A stretch of 32,000 nt of DNA from Promethearchaeum syntrophicum (GCF_008000775.2 NZ_CP042905.2:4292195-4324194); one strand, 5' to 3'; positions 10,083 to 18,974 are shown, counted from the first letter of the stretch. Notes: generated by a model not told the origin, from the sequence alone. Made by a program: numbers and translations.

Positions 10083-10763
10083 ATGTCCAGACTTATTTCA
10101 CTGCTAGAACGAATAAGTTTTTTGAAAAATCAAGTTCTAATGGGAAAAAAAACATTACTTGATGAAGATTTGGAATCTTTATTTATTGAATTTAAGGATT
10201 TAATTTCAGAATCTGAATTAGAGACCAGTATTCAGATTATGGATAATGGGACTATAATTCTCGAACAGAAGCTCGAAGAATTAAGGAATTTCATATCTAA
10301 TATCTCTCAAAAAGATCAAATTCTTGAATATCTTAGAAATTCTTCCTCAGATGAGTCCTTTTCTCAAATCTTGAATAAAACGTGGCAATCCCCTTTATTG
10401 TTACCTAATTTTTCACTATCATTTTTAACGAAAAGCTTTGAACGGCTTGTGCTAAACAAAAAATCCACTAATTTAGAAATGTTTTTTAAAGAAAAACCAA
10501 TTCTTGGAGTCCCTGACATAAAAGAACTCCCTGAAATTGATAAACCTTATAAAATAAAAATGCTTGGGTATCTAAATTTGATTCGACCATTATTACCTGC
10601 TACTTTAGAGGAACTTATTGATAGAAACCATTCTATTGATGTATATTATGAAAATTTCTCTTATATCCTCCATTTACTCCAACTCGGATTTTTATCGTTC
10701 ACGAAAAAAACTCAACATTTTGATATTACAAATAAAAAAATAGAAGGCAAATTTGATGAATGA
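10083..10763 (+). CDS. scpA: ScpA-like kleisin (divergent)
   Basis: Follows smc with SD ggagg. The C-terminal wHTH-like 'ENFSYILHLLQLGFLSFTKKTQHFDI' resembles the ScpA C-terminus ('FLALLELVKQGKV..EQ.E.FGDI'), and 'SIQIMDNGTIILEQKLEELR' resembles the ScpA 'FLVMAATLLEIKSRMLL' region. Confidence 0.6.
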   Translation: MSRLISLLERISFLKNQVLMGKKTLLDEDLESLFIEFKDLISESELETSIQIMDNGTIILEQKLEELRNFISNISQKDQILEYLRNSSSDESFSQILNKTWQSPLLLPNFSLSFLTKSFERLVLNKKSTNLEMFFKEKPILGVPDIKELPEIDKPYKIKMLGYLNLIRPLLPATLEELIDRNHSIDVYYENFSYILHLLQLGFLSFTKKTQHFDITNKKIEGKFDE

Positions 10764-11313
10764 ATATACAATTTTACTGTATTTATTGACTCGAACAAAA
10801 CAAGGAAATTCTAATGATAAATTTGAAATTATTGGGGCTTCAGAAGAAGAATTATGTGATAGTTTACATTTTACAGGGAAATTTACGAAAATCCAATTGC
10901 ATGAACTTATGGATCAATTTTCAAAATCTATTTCAATCTTTAATCTCCAACTAAAACAAAATCCGTTTAATTTTCGATGGTATTTAACCCAATCATCTGA
11001 AATTGAAGAGTTTTTCAGTTCAAATCCATTTAGTGGAAAACCAAGAATAGCCGCAACACTTTGTACGGTTCTTTCTTTATGTATGACAAATAATGGAAAA
11101 ATAGATATCAATTCGGTTCGGAAAATAAGAAATAAGAAGGATATCAGAAAAGATTTGCAAGAATTGGAGAAATTAAACTTCATAAATATGGAAAAGAAAA
11201 GCAATCTAATATCTATTAATCCTTATTTGGGGTATTTTATGGATATCGAGGGTTTTTTGAATATACTTGAAAATGAAATAAGAAAAAAGAATATAGAAAA
11301 TGTTGATGAATAA
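10753..11313 (+). CDS. scpB: ScpB-like winged-helix SMC accessory protein (divergent)
   Basis: Overlaps the end of the kleisin ORF. 'NFRWYLTQSSEIEEFF' resembles the ScpB 'GGYRLVTKPEYAPWV' segment, and 'LSLCMTNNGKIDINSVRKIRNKKDIRKDLQELEKLNFINMEKKSNLISINPYLGYFMDIEGF' resembles the second wHTH. The ATG at 10756 may be the real start. Confidence 0.55.
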   Translation: MMNEYTILLYLLTRTKQGNSNDKFEIIGASEEELCDSLHFTGKFTKIQLHELMDQFSKSISIFNLQLKQNPFNFRWYLTQSSEIEEFFSSNPFSGKPRIAATLCTVLSLCMTNNGKIDINSVRKIRNKKDIRKDLQELEKLNFINMEKKSNLISINPYLGYFMDIEGFLNILENEIRKKNIENVDE

Positions 11314-11391
11314 ACGCAAAATTCAATTTTACATTCGAATATCATTAGAATATTATTTATCATTTTAAACGAGAAATATTGAGCATTTATT

Positions 11392-11739
11392 ATGGGAATG
11401 TTTTCTCGCAAAAAAAAAAAAGAATATACTCATTTTACAAAAAGGTTAACAAATTCAATATATATCAAACAGATAGCAATACATTCAAATAGTGATTTTA
11501 CAACTTTAAAGCATAATTTATTAGACGGACATATTATGGTATGCGATTTAACCCCCCTCGTTAGAATTGCAAAAGGATTACATGGTTCAAAAGAAGGAAA
11601 TAAACATATATTACATAATCAACTCCAGCAAATTAAAAAATATTGCCTCCAGCATGGAGGAAATGTTACTAAATTAAAGGAAAGTATATTATTGATTACT
11701 CCAAATATAAATTTCAAACTGCAGAATTTTATTAAATAA
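11392..11739 (+). CDS. sepF: SepF-like cell division protein (DUF552)
   Basis: Short basic/hydrophobic N-terminus 'MGMFSRKKKKEY' followed by 'YIKQIAIHSNSDFTTLKHNLLDGHIMVCDLTPLV...LHNQLQQIKKYCLQHGGNVTKLKESILLITPNINF', matching the SepF pattern (IVVVNLTPL...V..L...V..LGGDI..LG...ILVTP..V.). Confidence 0.75.
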   Translation: MGMFSRKKKKEYTHFTKRLTNSIYIKQIAIHSNSDFTTLKHNLLDGHIMVCDLTPLVRIAKGLHGSKEGNKHILHNQLQQIKKYCLQHGGNVTKLKESILLITPNINFKLQNFIK

Positions 11740-11746
11740 TTTTTTT

Positions 11747-12178
11747 TTATTTTAAACTTTCAAATAATGATTTTAAATCGTTTTTTCCCAGATTTTCTAA
11801 CACAATTATTAGATCATTTAAATTTCTAAATTTATGATGCCACAAGGCTTCATCTACTGCTCTAATTAAGCCGGGTTCAAAGACTGCACAAAGATATTGT
11901 AAACCTTTTGTGGTAGCAAAGACTTTAGGTTCAATCCTTAAATTAGAATCACTGAAAGTATTTAATGTGTCATTATAAATTTTTCCCCTGACATCAAAAT
12001 ATCTTGTAGTTGAAATACTTGAATTTATAATCCCAATTCCTATTGATGCAGAATATTTACCTGAAAATCTTTCCTCTCTAACAATTATTGCCTCCACTCC
12101 ATTCTCTGGTTCTTGATGTATAGTGCCCTTTTCTTTAATTATATCCTTGATCTGTTTAATTAATGGTTCAATTTTCAT
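11747..12178 (-). CDS. Conserved-looking protein of unknown function (143 aa)
   Basis: Intact ORF convergent with sepF. No recognised motif. Confidence 0.55.
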   Translation of the reverse strand: MKIEPLIKQIKDIIKEKGTIHQEPENGVEAIIVREERFSGKYSASIGIGIINSSISTTRYFDVRGKIYNDTLNTFSDSNLRIEPKVFATTKGLQYLCAVFEPGLIRAVDEALWHHKFRNLNDLIIVLENLGKNDLKSLFESLK

Positions 12179-12335
12179 TTTTATTTTCTACATTTTTATC
12201 TATGATCTAAGATTAGAAAAGGCTTTTGATATTCTATTAGAGAAAGCTATAAATATATTTTGTATACAAAATAGTAAATGAAAATAATTTTACCTTAAAT
12301 AGAATAAAATTTCGTAAAAAAATTGTGAAAAAAAA

Positions 12336-12632
12336 ATGAAAGAACCTGAACCTGAAGAAGGAAGAGAATTTGGTAAAGTGAAATGGTTTAGCCCGAGAAG
12401 AGGATACGGATTCATAATCAGAGATGACATCCCACCAGAGCAAGAAAATCATGAGATTTTCTGCCATTATTCGAGTATTGATATGGAAGGATTTAGAACG
12501 CTTTTACCCGACTTGAGAGTGAGTTTTGAGATCGCTCCTGGAAAAAGAGAGGGAACTGTTGAAGCAAAGAATGTGAAAATTGCACCTCCGATATTCGCTA
12601 ATGAAGAGAAAGAAAAAGAAAAATCTGAATAA
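12336..12632 (+). CDS. Cold-shock domain (OB-fold) nucleic-acid-binding protein
   Basis: 'FGKVKWFSPRRGYGFIIRDD...HEIFCHYSSIDMEGFRTLLPDLRVSFEIAPGKREGTVEAKNVKI' has RNP1/RNP2-like CSD motifs (G.VKWF....GYGFI, ..IF.H.S.I). Confidence 0.88.
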   Translation: MKEPEPEEGREFGKVKWFSPRRGYGFIIRDDIPPEQENHEIFCHYSSIDMEGFRTLLPDLRVSFEIAPGKREGTVEAKNVKIAPPIFANEEKEKEKSE

Positions 12633-12633
12633 C

Positions 12634-13710
12634 CTACTTCTGCATCATGGCAATTATGGTGCTTACAAGCGGAAGTTCATACTGCAAGAAATTATGTCCT
12701 CCCGAATTTAAAATCTCCCAATTATTATTTTCTGAGATTAATTTTGCGACATCTCTATTTTCTAAGAAACTTTCAAATGAAATAATTTTATCATTTTTTG
12801 CGTGAACTAGAAATAGCTTCTTCGAAGTGAAATCAACCCAATCAGCATCATTATTAAAACTTCTTCTTAACTGAGCCAATTGTAATTTGGGTGAAAGTTC
12901 ATAATTTACTTCATCTAAAGGATTCATCTTTACCCCAAAAAAAGTGTATCTGAGCCATAACCACCAATTTTTTTTGAATGTAATTGGGGATTGGGGAATA
13001 TTATTTCTATAATTGGACATTGCAGATACAGCAATTATTTTTTCAACAGAATCATCAGCTAATCCTTGTTTTATAGAAGCGAGTGATCCAAGACTAATAC
13101 CAACCAGATATATTGTCCGATCACCCAAAATGGAATCATTTTTCACATATTTAATTACATCCTTCAAATCACGGGTTATTTCAACAAATTGGCTTGTTTT
13201 TCCTGCTTTTCTTGATTTTCCGGATCCTCTACTATCAAAAGTTAACACGTCATAACCGGACAAGGCAATAGGGATAGTGATATGGCGTGTGTAAATACAA
13301 TCATCTGAAAATCCATGACTAAATATTACAACAGGGGATTTTGGGGGGGTTCCATCCTTATGCAAGATTTCCCCGTATAAGGTGGGATTTTCATTAGAAT
13401 TGCTTTCATCATTCCTATTAATGTCAAGATTTTGATCTTTTTTAGACCAGAGTATTGGGATTTGAACTGATTTTATTTTTATTTGTAAAGGTTCAACCCT
13501 ATGCCATCTAAATTGCCAGAAATCTCTCAACTCAAAATACAAAGCCCAACAGAGCCACGTAAAAGCAAATGTCATTACGGATAAATAGATGCATCTCCAG
13601 AAATCATTGCCAAAAAGAACGAAATTAACATAATATATGTATGCGGCCAGAGAAAAATCAACAATAAATAAAAGAATATGTTTGGGGCGGATTATTATAC
13701 TATTTTTCAA
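12634..13710 (-). CDS. Alpha/beta hydrolase with an N-terminal TM region
   Basis: 'VVIFSHGFSDDCIYTRHITIPIALSGYDVLTFDSRGSGKSRKAG', nucleophile elbow 'LVGISLGSLAS', 'KIISFESFLENRD', 'LNSGGHNFLQYE'. Two hydrophobic segments near the N-terminus. Confidence 0.85.
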   Translation of the reverse strand: MKNSIIIRPKHILLFIVDFSLAAYIYYVNFVLFGNDFWRCIYLSVMTFAFTWLCWALYFELRDFWQFRWHRVEPLQIKIKSVQIPILWSKKDQNLDINRNDESNSNENPTLYGEILHKDGTPPKSPVVIFSHGFSDDCIYTRHITIPIALSGYDVLTFDSRGSGKSRKAGKTSQFVEITRDLKDVIKYVKNDSILGDRTIYLVGISLGSLASIKQGLADDSVEKIIAVSAMSNYRNNIPQSPITFKKNWWLWLRYTFFGVKMNPLDEVNYELSPKLQLAQLRRSFNNDADWVDFTSKKLFLVHAKNDKIISFESFLENRDVAKLISENNNWEILNSGGHNFLQYELPLVSTIIAMMQK

Positions 13711-13746
13711 CTAAATTCTCCTTGTTTTCATTTGGTCATATGGTTT

Positions 13747-16245
13747 TTATAGAATATTTTTAAAATCTTCAATTATTTTCTTACTATTTTTTTTATTGCC
13801 CGAATTATTTAATAAGTTTCTAATTTTTTCTTCAATTTCATTTGATATTTTTTTCCCACCCCGAACGGAAGGTTCAAAATTTTGAATGTAATCTACCATA
13901 TCATCAGGGAGATCATAGATTTTACCCAAAATAATGTCACAAATATCGATAATATTTTTCATTTCCGAAGTGTTAAACCTGCGGTGTTCCTTATCAAAAC
14001 ATTGCATGAGTGATTTCATTAAAAAGGAAGAAAATTCTTTAAGAAGGTCAAAAAATGTCTTTAATTTATCTACAAGATCTTGAGAAAGGGGAAAAGCTTT
14101 CATTATATCAGAATTCATGTGCCTTCCATCACTATAAATTCTAAACCATACGTAATACAGTGAACTGTTAATTAGAATTAAGATAAAATATTTCAACCCT
14201 TCTATATTTCTTGATATTTCTACCAGTGCAATCTGCGTTCCATAATAAGGTGGTTTTTCCCAAGCATTATACCAATAATTTCCTGATATTCTAACGGATA
14301 TTAAATCTTCAACCTTTTTTCCTTCTTTCTCAAATTGCATCAATTTATTTCTATACTCATCAATATTTCTAATAATTAAGAATCTGTTTAAAATATCGCC
14401 TAAAATTAGTAATTTTTCATTAGAATTTAGAGTATAATGTTCTGAGAGCAACTCCAAAAATTCTCTTGCCCTTTTTTCACCTATTTTGGGAAGTCTGTGC
14501 TTTTTATCAAAAGAAACTCCTATATTTTTTCCTAATAGAAAATTATTAGCCAGTACATATTTAATATTTCGAAGATCTGGCATTTTTCTAAACATATTTG
14601 TTGTCAGAATGTCTGAAAATTGATTTTTATTTAATTTTATGGAATTCTTGTTTATACATTGAATAATTGAAACAGATTGTGTCATTTTGGTAAAAAATCG
14701 GCATTTATCTCTGTCAAAAGATGCAATTTTACTTATTTCATAGGAATTTACGATTTTTTGGCGCGTTTTAGAAAGATCTTTACTAAAACATATAGCATAA
14801 CTAGTTAAAAATGCAATTATACCTTTGTTTCGATTGAGATCAATGGCCCGTTCAATGAAAACTGACGAAATTTCATTCAAGAATGAATAAAATGGATCGA
14901 TTTCTTTTTTCTCAGAATTTGAAAGTAAATTTCCATACGGAGGGTTTCCTAAAATAATATCAAATCCAAAATTATTCGAGTTAATTGGAAAAACATCTGG
15001 AAATTCAACATTCCAATGAAAGGGTTTAATTTTGGTATTCTTTTTTATTTCTTTGGTATCTTTTTCACTCCAATTAATAGAACCTAATAAAGAATTTCCT
15101 GTGAGAATATTTAATCTCAATAACCTAGGATTCAAAAATCTTGAAGATGAAAAATCCCATGAATCAATATAATTTAGAAAAAGTCTAATTTTCGCAATAA
15201 TTACAGCGCGTGGATTAATATCTACTCCATATATAGCTGACGAAAATAAAAATTTCTTTAGAATGGCAATGGAATCTTTAAATTTTTCAAAGGAGTTTAA
15301 ATCTATTATCTCATCAGAAACTGTTATTAACAATACTCCCTTAATTTGGTAATTTCTTGATGCCGTCCATATATATTTGTATAATTTAATTAATATTTTT
15401 GTTATACTAGCTAGAAAATGCCCAGATCCAACAGCTGGGTCCAAAATTTTAAAATTATTAATCTTTACAAAAAAATCTTGAATTTTATTAAGTTTTAACT
15501 TAAATTCATATTGATCTAGTTCTGATTTAAAGAAATTCTCACAATTTATCCAAAAAGGAACTTTTAAATTATCTGAAAACAATTTGGCATTTAGACTAGA
15601 TTCAGCAAGGAAATCACAGATATTATCCGGAGTATAATATGCCCCCGTTGATTTTTTAGTGTCATCTGATAAAATTTTCTCAAACAGAGCTCCAATGATA
15701 AAATCATTAATTGGACCCCCCACAATTTCCTGCAAGATGAACATATTAAATAATGGAAGTGAGTTAATTATTGATTCAGGAATTTTTTTGGATATTTTGA
15801 TTTTTTCAAGTTGTGTACTATCAATATCTTGAAAAAATGCTTCATTTGGTAAGGACTTGTGAATAAACCCATCCCAAAGAAAACCGTGATTATCTCTCAG
15901 GAAATAATCTCCTATAATAACGAGTTCTTCTTGGTTACTATTCCTTGATATGACGGGTAATTTTTTAGAATTCGAAGGAAAAATACTATTAAAAAATTTA
16001 GTTAAGAATTCAGAATAAAATTGGTGATTTAGGGATGACTTTTTTCGATTAAAGTGATTTAAAAAATATTCAGAATCTTTATTAAAACACAGCTTTCGTT
16101 GCAAATACCAGAGAGCGGTCATTAAAAGCACAAATCTATTTATTTTTTCTGGATTTATATCTGACTTGCTGATTCTTTGCAAGTATTCGCAAGATTTTTT
16201 AAAAATATTAAAAAATGAATCAATTTTTTTATTCTGTAGGCTCAA
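13747..16245 (-). CDS. Adenine-specific DNA methyltransferase, Eco57I/type IIG-like, apparently orphan
   Basis: 'KKSTGAYYTPDNICDFLAESSL', motif I-like 'KILDPAVGSGHFLASITKIL', 'IYGVDINPRAVIIAKIRL', motif IV 'FDIILGNPPYGNLLS', and a C-terminal TRD-like region. No restriction or BREX partner nearby. Confidence 0.85.
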   Translation of the reverse strand: MSLQNKKIDSFFNIFKKSCEYLQRISKSDINPEKINRFVLLMTALWYLQRKLCFNKDSEYFLNHFNRKKSSLNHQFYSEFLTKFFNSIFPSNSKKLPVISRNSNQEELVIIGDYFLRDNHGFLWDGFIHKSLPNEAFFQDIDSTQLEKIKISKKIPESIINSLPLFNMFILQEIVGGPINDFIIGALFEKILSDDTKKSTGAYYTPDNICDFLAESSLNAKLFSDNLKVPFWINCENFFKSELDQYEFKLKLNKIQDFFVKINNFKILDPAVGSGHFLASITKILIKLYKYIWTASRNYQIKGVLLITVSDEIIDLNSFEKFKDSIAILKKFLFSSAIYGVDINPRAVIIAKIRLFLNYIDSWDFSSSRFLNPRLLRLNILTGNSLLGSINWSEKDTKEIKKNTKIKPFHWNVEFPDVFPINSNNFGFDIILGNPPYGNLLSNSEKKEIDPFYSFLNEISSVFIERAIDLNRNKGIIAFLTSYAICFSKDLSKTRQKIVNSYEISKIASFDRDKCRFFTKMTQSVSIIQCINKNSIKLNKNQFSDILTTNMFRKMPDLRNIKYVLANNFLLGKNIGVSFDKKHRLPKIGEKRAREFLELLSEHYTLNSNEKLLILGDILNRFLIIRNIDEYRNKLMQFEKEGKKVEDLISVRISGNYWYNAWEKPPYYGTQIALVEISRNIEGLKYFILILINSSLYYVWFRIYSDGRHMNSDIMKAFPLSQDLVDKLKTFFDLLKEFSSFLMKSLMQCFDKEHRRFNTSEMKNIIDICDIILGKIYDLPDDMVDYIQNFEPSVRGGKKISNEIEEKIRNLLNNSGNKKNSKKIIEDFKNIL

Positions 16246-17089
16246 TTTCTTTCAATTCAACAGGAGGTTTGTCTCTAAGAATAGTTGGTCTTGATTTTAA
16301 TCTTATCTTTTCTGCGTCAACTTCTTCTTTTTCAACGATTTCAGAGTGTTTAAAGATAGTAAATACAGAAATAAATGAAGATAAGAATATTCCAATACTT
16401 CCTAATAAGATCCAAATCCAGAATAAAATAATCTCATACCTTTGAATTAAATATAAACTTGATTCTATTGATCCTGGTTGAAATTCAAATATAAAATTTC
16501 TTTGATTCATGTATAAAACTAATCCAAGAGTAATAATAGTGCTCGACAGAGAGCATACTACTAGATAAATCTTTTGTGACCATATAGTACAAGCTAATTG
16601 CACACATGTAATCCCAAACCATATCCAAGTAATTATAATTAATCTATCAAAATAACTTGTAAATTGAGAAGCAGTTACACTATATAATATGATTTCAGGT
16701 TTTTCCCATCCAAAAATTGAAAATCCTAAAATTGGAATTAAAAAACTAAGAATTAAGATACCTATTCCAAAATAAATTGAAATTTGCATAGGAAAAGTCC
16801 TTTCAATTTTGATTATTGTATCTTCCCCGATAATCATTTCATCAATTTCAGCTTGAACCTTAAGAGGAATTACACTATCTAAGAGAACAAATTCAAACAT
16901 TTTAAACTTATTAATAATTTTGGATGCAAGATCAATTCCGATTTTTTGTTCGCGCTCTTTAGATTTTACTCCTGAATAAAAGTATACTTTCTTTTCCTCG
17001 TTATCGATTAACAACGCTATATCATGAGGGTAAAGAGTTTCAGATTCAACGAAATCGTTCTTAGAGAGATCTAAAATATATAAAAACAT
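16229..17089 (-). CDS. 4-TM membrane protein with a soluble N-terminal domain, possibly gelsolin-like
   Basis: N-terminus 'YPHDIALLIDNEEKKVYFYSGVKSKEREQKIGIDLASKII' resembles the gelsolin pattern 'DVFLLD....VFVWVGK.A...EK..A...A'. Four hydrophobic spans follow. The ORF end overlaps the MTase ORF start by 17 nt. Confidence 0.6.
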   Translation of the reverse strand: MFLYILDLSKNDFVESETLYPHDIALLIDNEEKKVYFYSGVKSKEREQKIGIDLASKIINKFKMFEFVLLDSVIPLKVQAEIDEMIIGEDTIIKIERTFPMQISIYFGIGILILSFLIPILGFSIFGWEKPEIILYSVTASQFTSYFDRLIIITWIWFGITCVQLACTIWSQKIYLVVCSLSSTIITLGLVLYMNQRNFIFEFQPGSIESSLYLIQRYEIILFWIWILLGSIGIFLSSFISVFTIFKHSEIVEKEEVDAEKIRLKSRPTILRDKPPVELKEIEPTE

Positions 17090-17164
17090 GCTATAATTGG
17101 AATTTAGTTGTTTCTTTTGAAAAAACTTTCGCTAAATATTGATAACAAAGAAAAAAATCTAATT

Positions 17165-18064
17165 TTAGATATTTAATTTAATTTGTTTTGCTCGTGTTCG
17201 CAAAGTTACTTCGGTAACTCTGGCAATTTCACTAATTTCTGTTTGAGTTTTTCGTTCTGCTGTTGATTTAGCTGCGATATAAAGAGCCGCTGCAGCCAAT
17301 CCTTTAGGATCTTTACCCATTTTTTTTAATCCATGTTTTAATGCAGTTTTCAACATATTTGCTGCTTTTTGTTGAACTAGAACGGATAAATTCAAATCGT
17401 TTCCAAACCGGAACACAAGTGGTCCTGGTGAAATTGGTTTGTAGCGAAGATTAAGCACTGGTAAAACATTTCGGACTACTAAACCTAAGGAACGATGAAC
17501 ACTTCGTAATGGAAGCAATGCTATGTCTACTACCTCTTCTAATAAGCGCGGGAAATTATGAATTCTGATTCCGGCATAAAGAGATGCTGTCACAAATGAA
17601 TCAATGCTTCTTCCCATGGTTAATTTTTGTTTAGCAACCTCTGAATAGATTTTCCAGGCGGTTTCAAGAATATGATCCGGAATATTTAATTTCTGGGCAA
17701 GTTGGTTGATCTTTGGGCGAGCTTCCCAAAAATTACGCTCGAGTGAATTAACTAAAGAACCTTGGATTTTGGAAAGACGGTTAAACATTGCTTGTTTTTT
17801 GCCTTGAAGGGATACACCCTTTGCATCAGGTGAATTTGTACCAATTATTGTTCTGGGACCAAAGTTTCTCCATCGTGGCTCAGTTCTTTTACGATTTTTA
17901 ACTTCGTCGGCTGTATAAGCGCGTTTTTCTGTTGCTACGAACGATCTTCCTAAAACCATCCCACAATTATGGCACACTCTCATCCCATCATCGTTATGGA
18001 TAGCAGGATCACTGCAACATGGTTCATCTTCATTCTCCTTTTCGTAAAAATTTGGTATTGCCAT
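17165..18064 (-). CDS. tfb: Transcription initiation factor IIB (TFB)
   Basis: N-terminal zinc-ribbon-like 'CCSDPAIHNDDGMRVCHNCGMVLG', B-reader/linker-like region, and two cyclin folds with 'RSIDSFVTASLYAGIRIHNFPRLLEEV' and 'GKDPKGLAAAALYIAAKSTAERKTQTEISEIARVTEVTLRTRAKQI'. Confidence 0.92.
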   Translation of the reverse strand: MAIPNFYEKENEDEPCCSDPAIHNDDGMRVCHNCGMVLGRSFVATEKRAYTADEVKNRKRTEPRWRNFGPRTIIGTNSPDAKGVSLQGKKQAMFNRLSKIQGSLVNSLERNFWEARPKINQLAQKLNIPDHILETAWKIYSEVAKQKLTMGRSIDSFVTASLYAGIRIHNFPRLLEEVVDIALLPLRSVHRSLGLVVRNVLPVLNLRYKPISPGPLVFRFGNDLNLSVLVQQKAANMLKTALKHGLKKMGKDPKGLAAAALYIAAKSTAERKTQTEISEIARVTEVTLRTRAKQIKLNI

Positions 18065-18404
18065 TTTAATTTCATCTATTTTCGCACTCTATTTTTATTA
18101 AGACAGTAATGAGGAAATATGATCCCTCAAAATACCCATTTTATGTTTAGAGCGCGTGTTCTACATAAATAATTTACTGATACAATAAATATTAATTCTT
18201 CTATAATATTTCCAAAGTTTTTTGGAAAAATTTTTAGGAGATCCCTAGTTTTTGGTAATGAAATCTTCATAAATATAGTTGAAAAAATTGGAAAGATTCC
18301 CAAAAATGGAATATAATATCTAAAAAGGGAAAAAAAGGATTTAAACGATTTAGAAAAATTACAAAATAATACAAGGTTTTTTATCTTTTTCATAATTTTT
18401 TTTT

Positions 18405-18887
18405 TTACAAAAGAACAATGCCTATTCCTATACTCCCCGCTATGATAAATTCATTTAAAATTGCCCATTTTTTTTCTTTTAAATTTGGAAGCCAAGAAAA
18501 AAGGACATCTCTCACTTTATCAATGCTAGGATGAATAAGCGGATCTCTATGAAAAAACGGTCTTAAAACATACCAATCAATAATATCGGGTAAAACTGAG
18601 AAAAGCATTACCCACCAATATTTTTCAATGAACCAAATGAAGATAAAGACACTCAGGCCATAAGCATATAATAAATGGAATATCTTAAAGAATAAATCAT
18701 CCCAATGTGCTTTATATGGATGATATGTTGAAATTGCAATGCAATCTAACAAATAATGAGAAATTACTGCTAGAACAGCAATAACTATTATTTTCAACGG
18801 AATCGGAGAAGTTACTAGTAATAAATTAAGTATTTTCGCAGTAAGAATTCCAATAAGAAAGTGAGTAGACATTTGCATTTGATTCAT
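18405..18887 (-). CDS. YdjM-like (metal-dependent hydrolase-like) membrane protein
   Basis: 'MSTHFLIGILTAKIL...AVISHYLLDCIAISTYHPY...SVLPDIIDWYVLRPF...DPLIHPSIDKV'. The listed ORF starts at 18947 but its first residues overlap a tRNA gene, so M21 (18887) or M24 (18878) is a more likely start. Confidence 0.65.
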   Translation of the reverse strand: MNQMQMSTHFLIGILTAKILNLLLVTSPIPLKIIVIAVLAVISHYLLDCIAISTYHPYKAHWDDLFFKIFHLLYAYGLSVFIFIWFIEKYWWVMLFSVLPDIIDWYVLRPFFHRDPLIHPSIDKVRDVLFSWLPNLKEKKWAILNEFIIAGSIGIGIVLL

Positions 18888-18901
18888 TCCTTGAATAAAT
18901 A

Positions 18902-18974
18902 AGCCAATGGTGGGAATTGAACCCACGGCATCTTGATTACGAATCAAGCGCTATAGCCTCTAAGCCACACTGGC
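18902..18974 (-). tRNA. tRNA-Thr (anticodon CGU)
   Basis: Minus strand GCCAGTGTGGCTTAGAGGCTATAGCGCTTGATTCGTAATCAAGATGCCGTGGGTTCAATTCCCACCATTGGCT. Acceptor GCCAGTG/CATTGGC (one G-T pair), anticodon stem CTTGA/TCAAG with loop TTCGTAA, T-arm GTGGG/TTCAATT/CCCAC. Confidence 0.92.

Noticed and set aside
10914-11411. Antisense ORFs (96 aa and 62 aa) across scpB and the scpB-sepF gap
   Set aside because: Mostly antisense to a supported gene, phenylalanine/serine-rich as expected from reverse-complemented lysine/glutamate codons. No support.
12237-12467. 76-aa minus-strand ORF overlapping the start of the cold-shock gene
   Set aside because: Phe-rich low-complexity product antisense to the well-supported CSD protein.
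18127-18393. 88-aa ORF between tfb and the YdjM-like gene
   Set aside because: Low-complexity Phe/Ile/Lys-rich product in a very AT-rich intergenic region. No family resemblance, although I cannot fully exclude a small protein.
18888-18947. The first 20 codons of ORF 18405..18947 as coding sequence
   Set aside because: They lie on the 3' half of tRNA-Thr (18902-18974, same strand). The hydrophobic protein aligns better starting at M21-M26, so the upstream part is likely an artefact of stop-to-stop extension.
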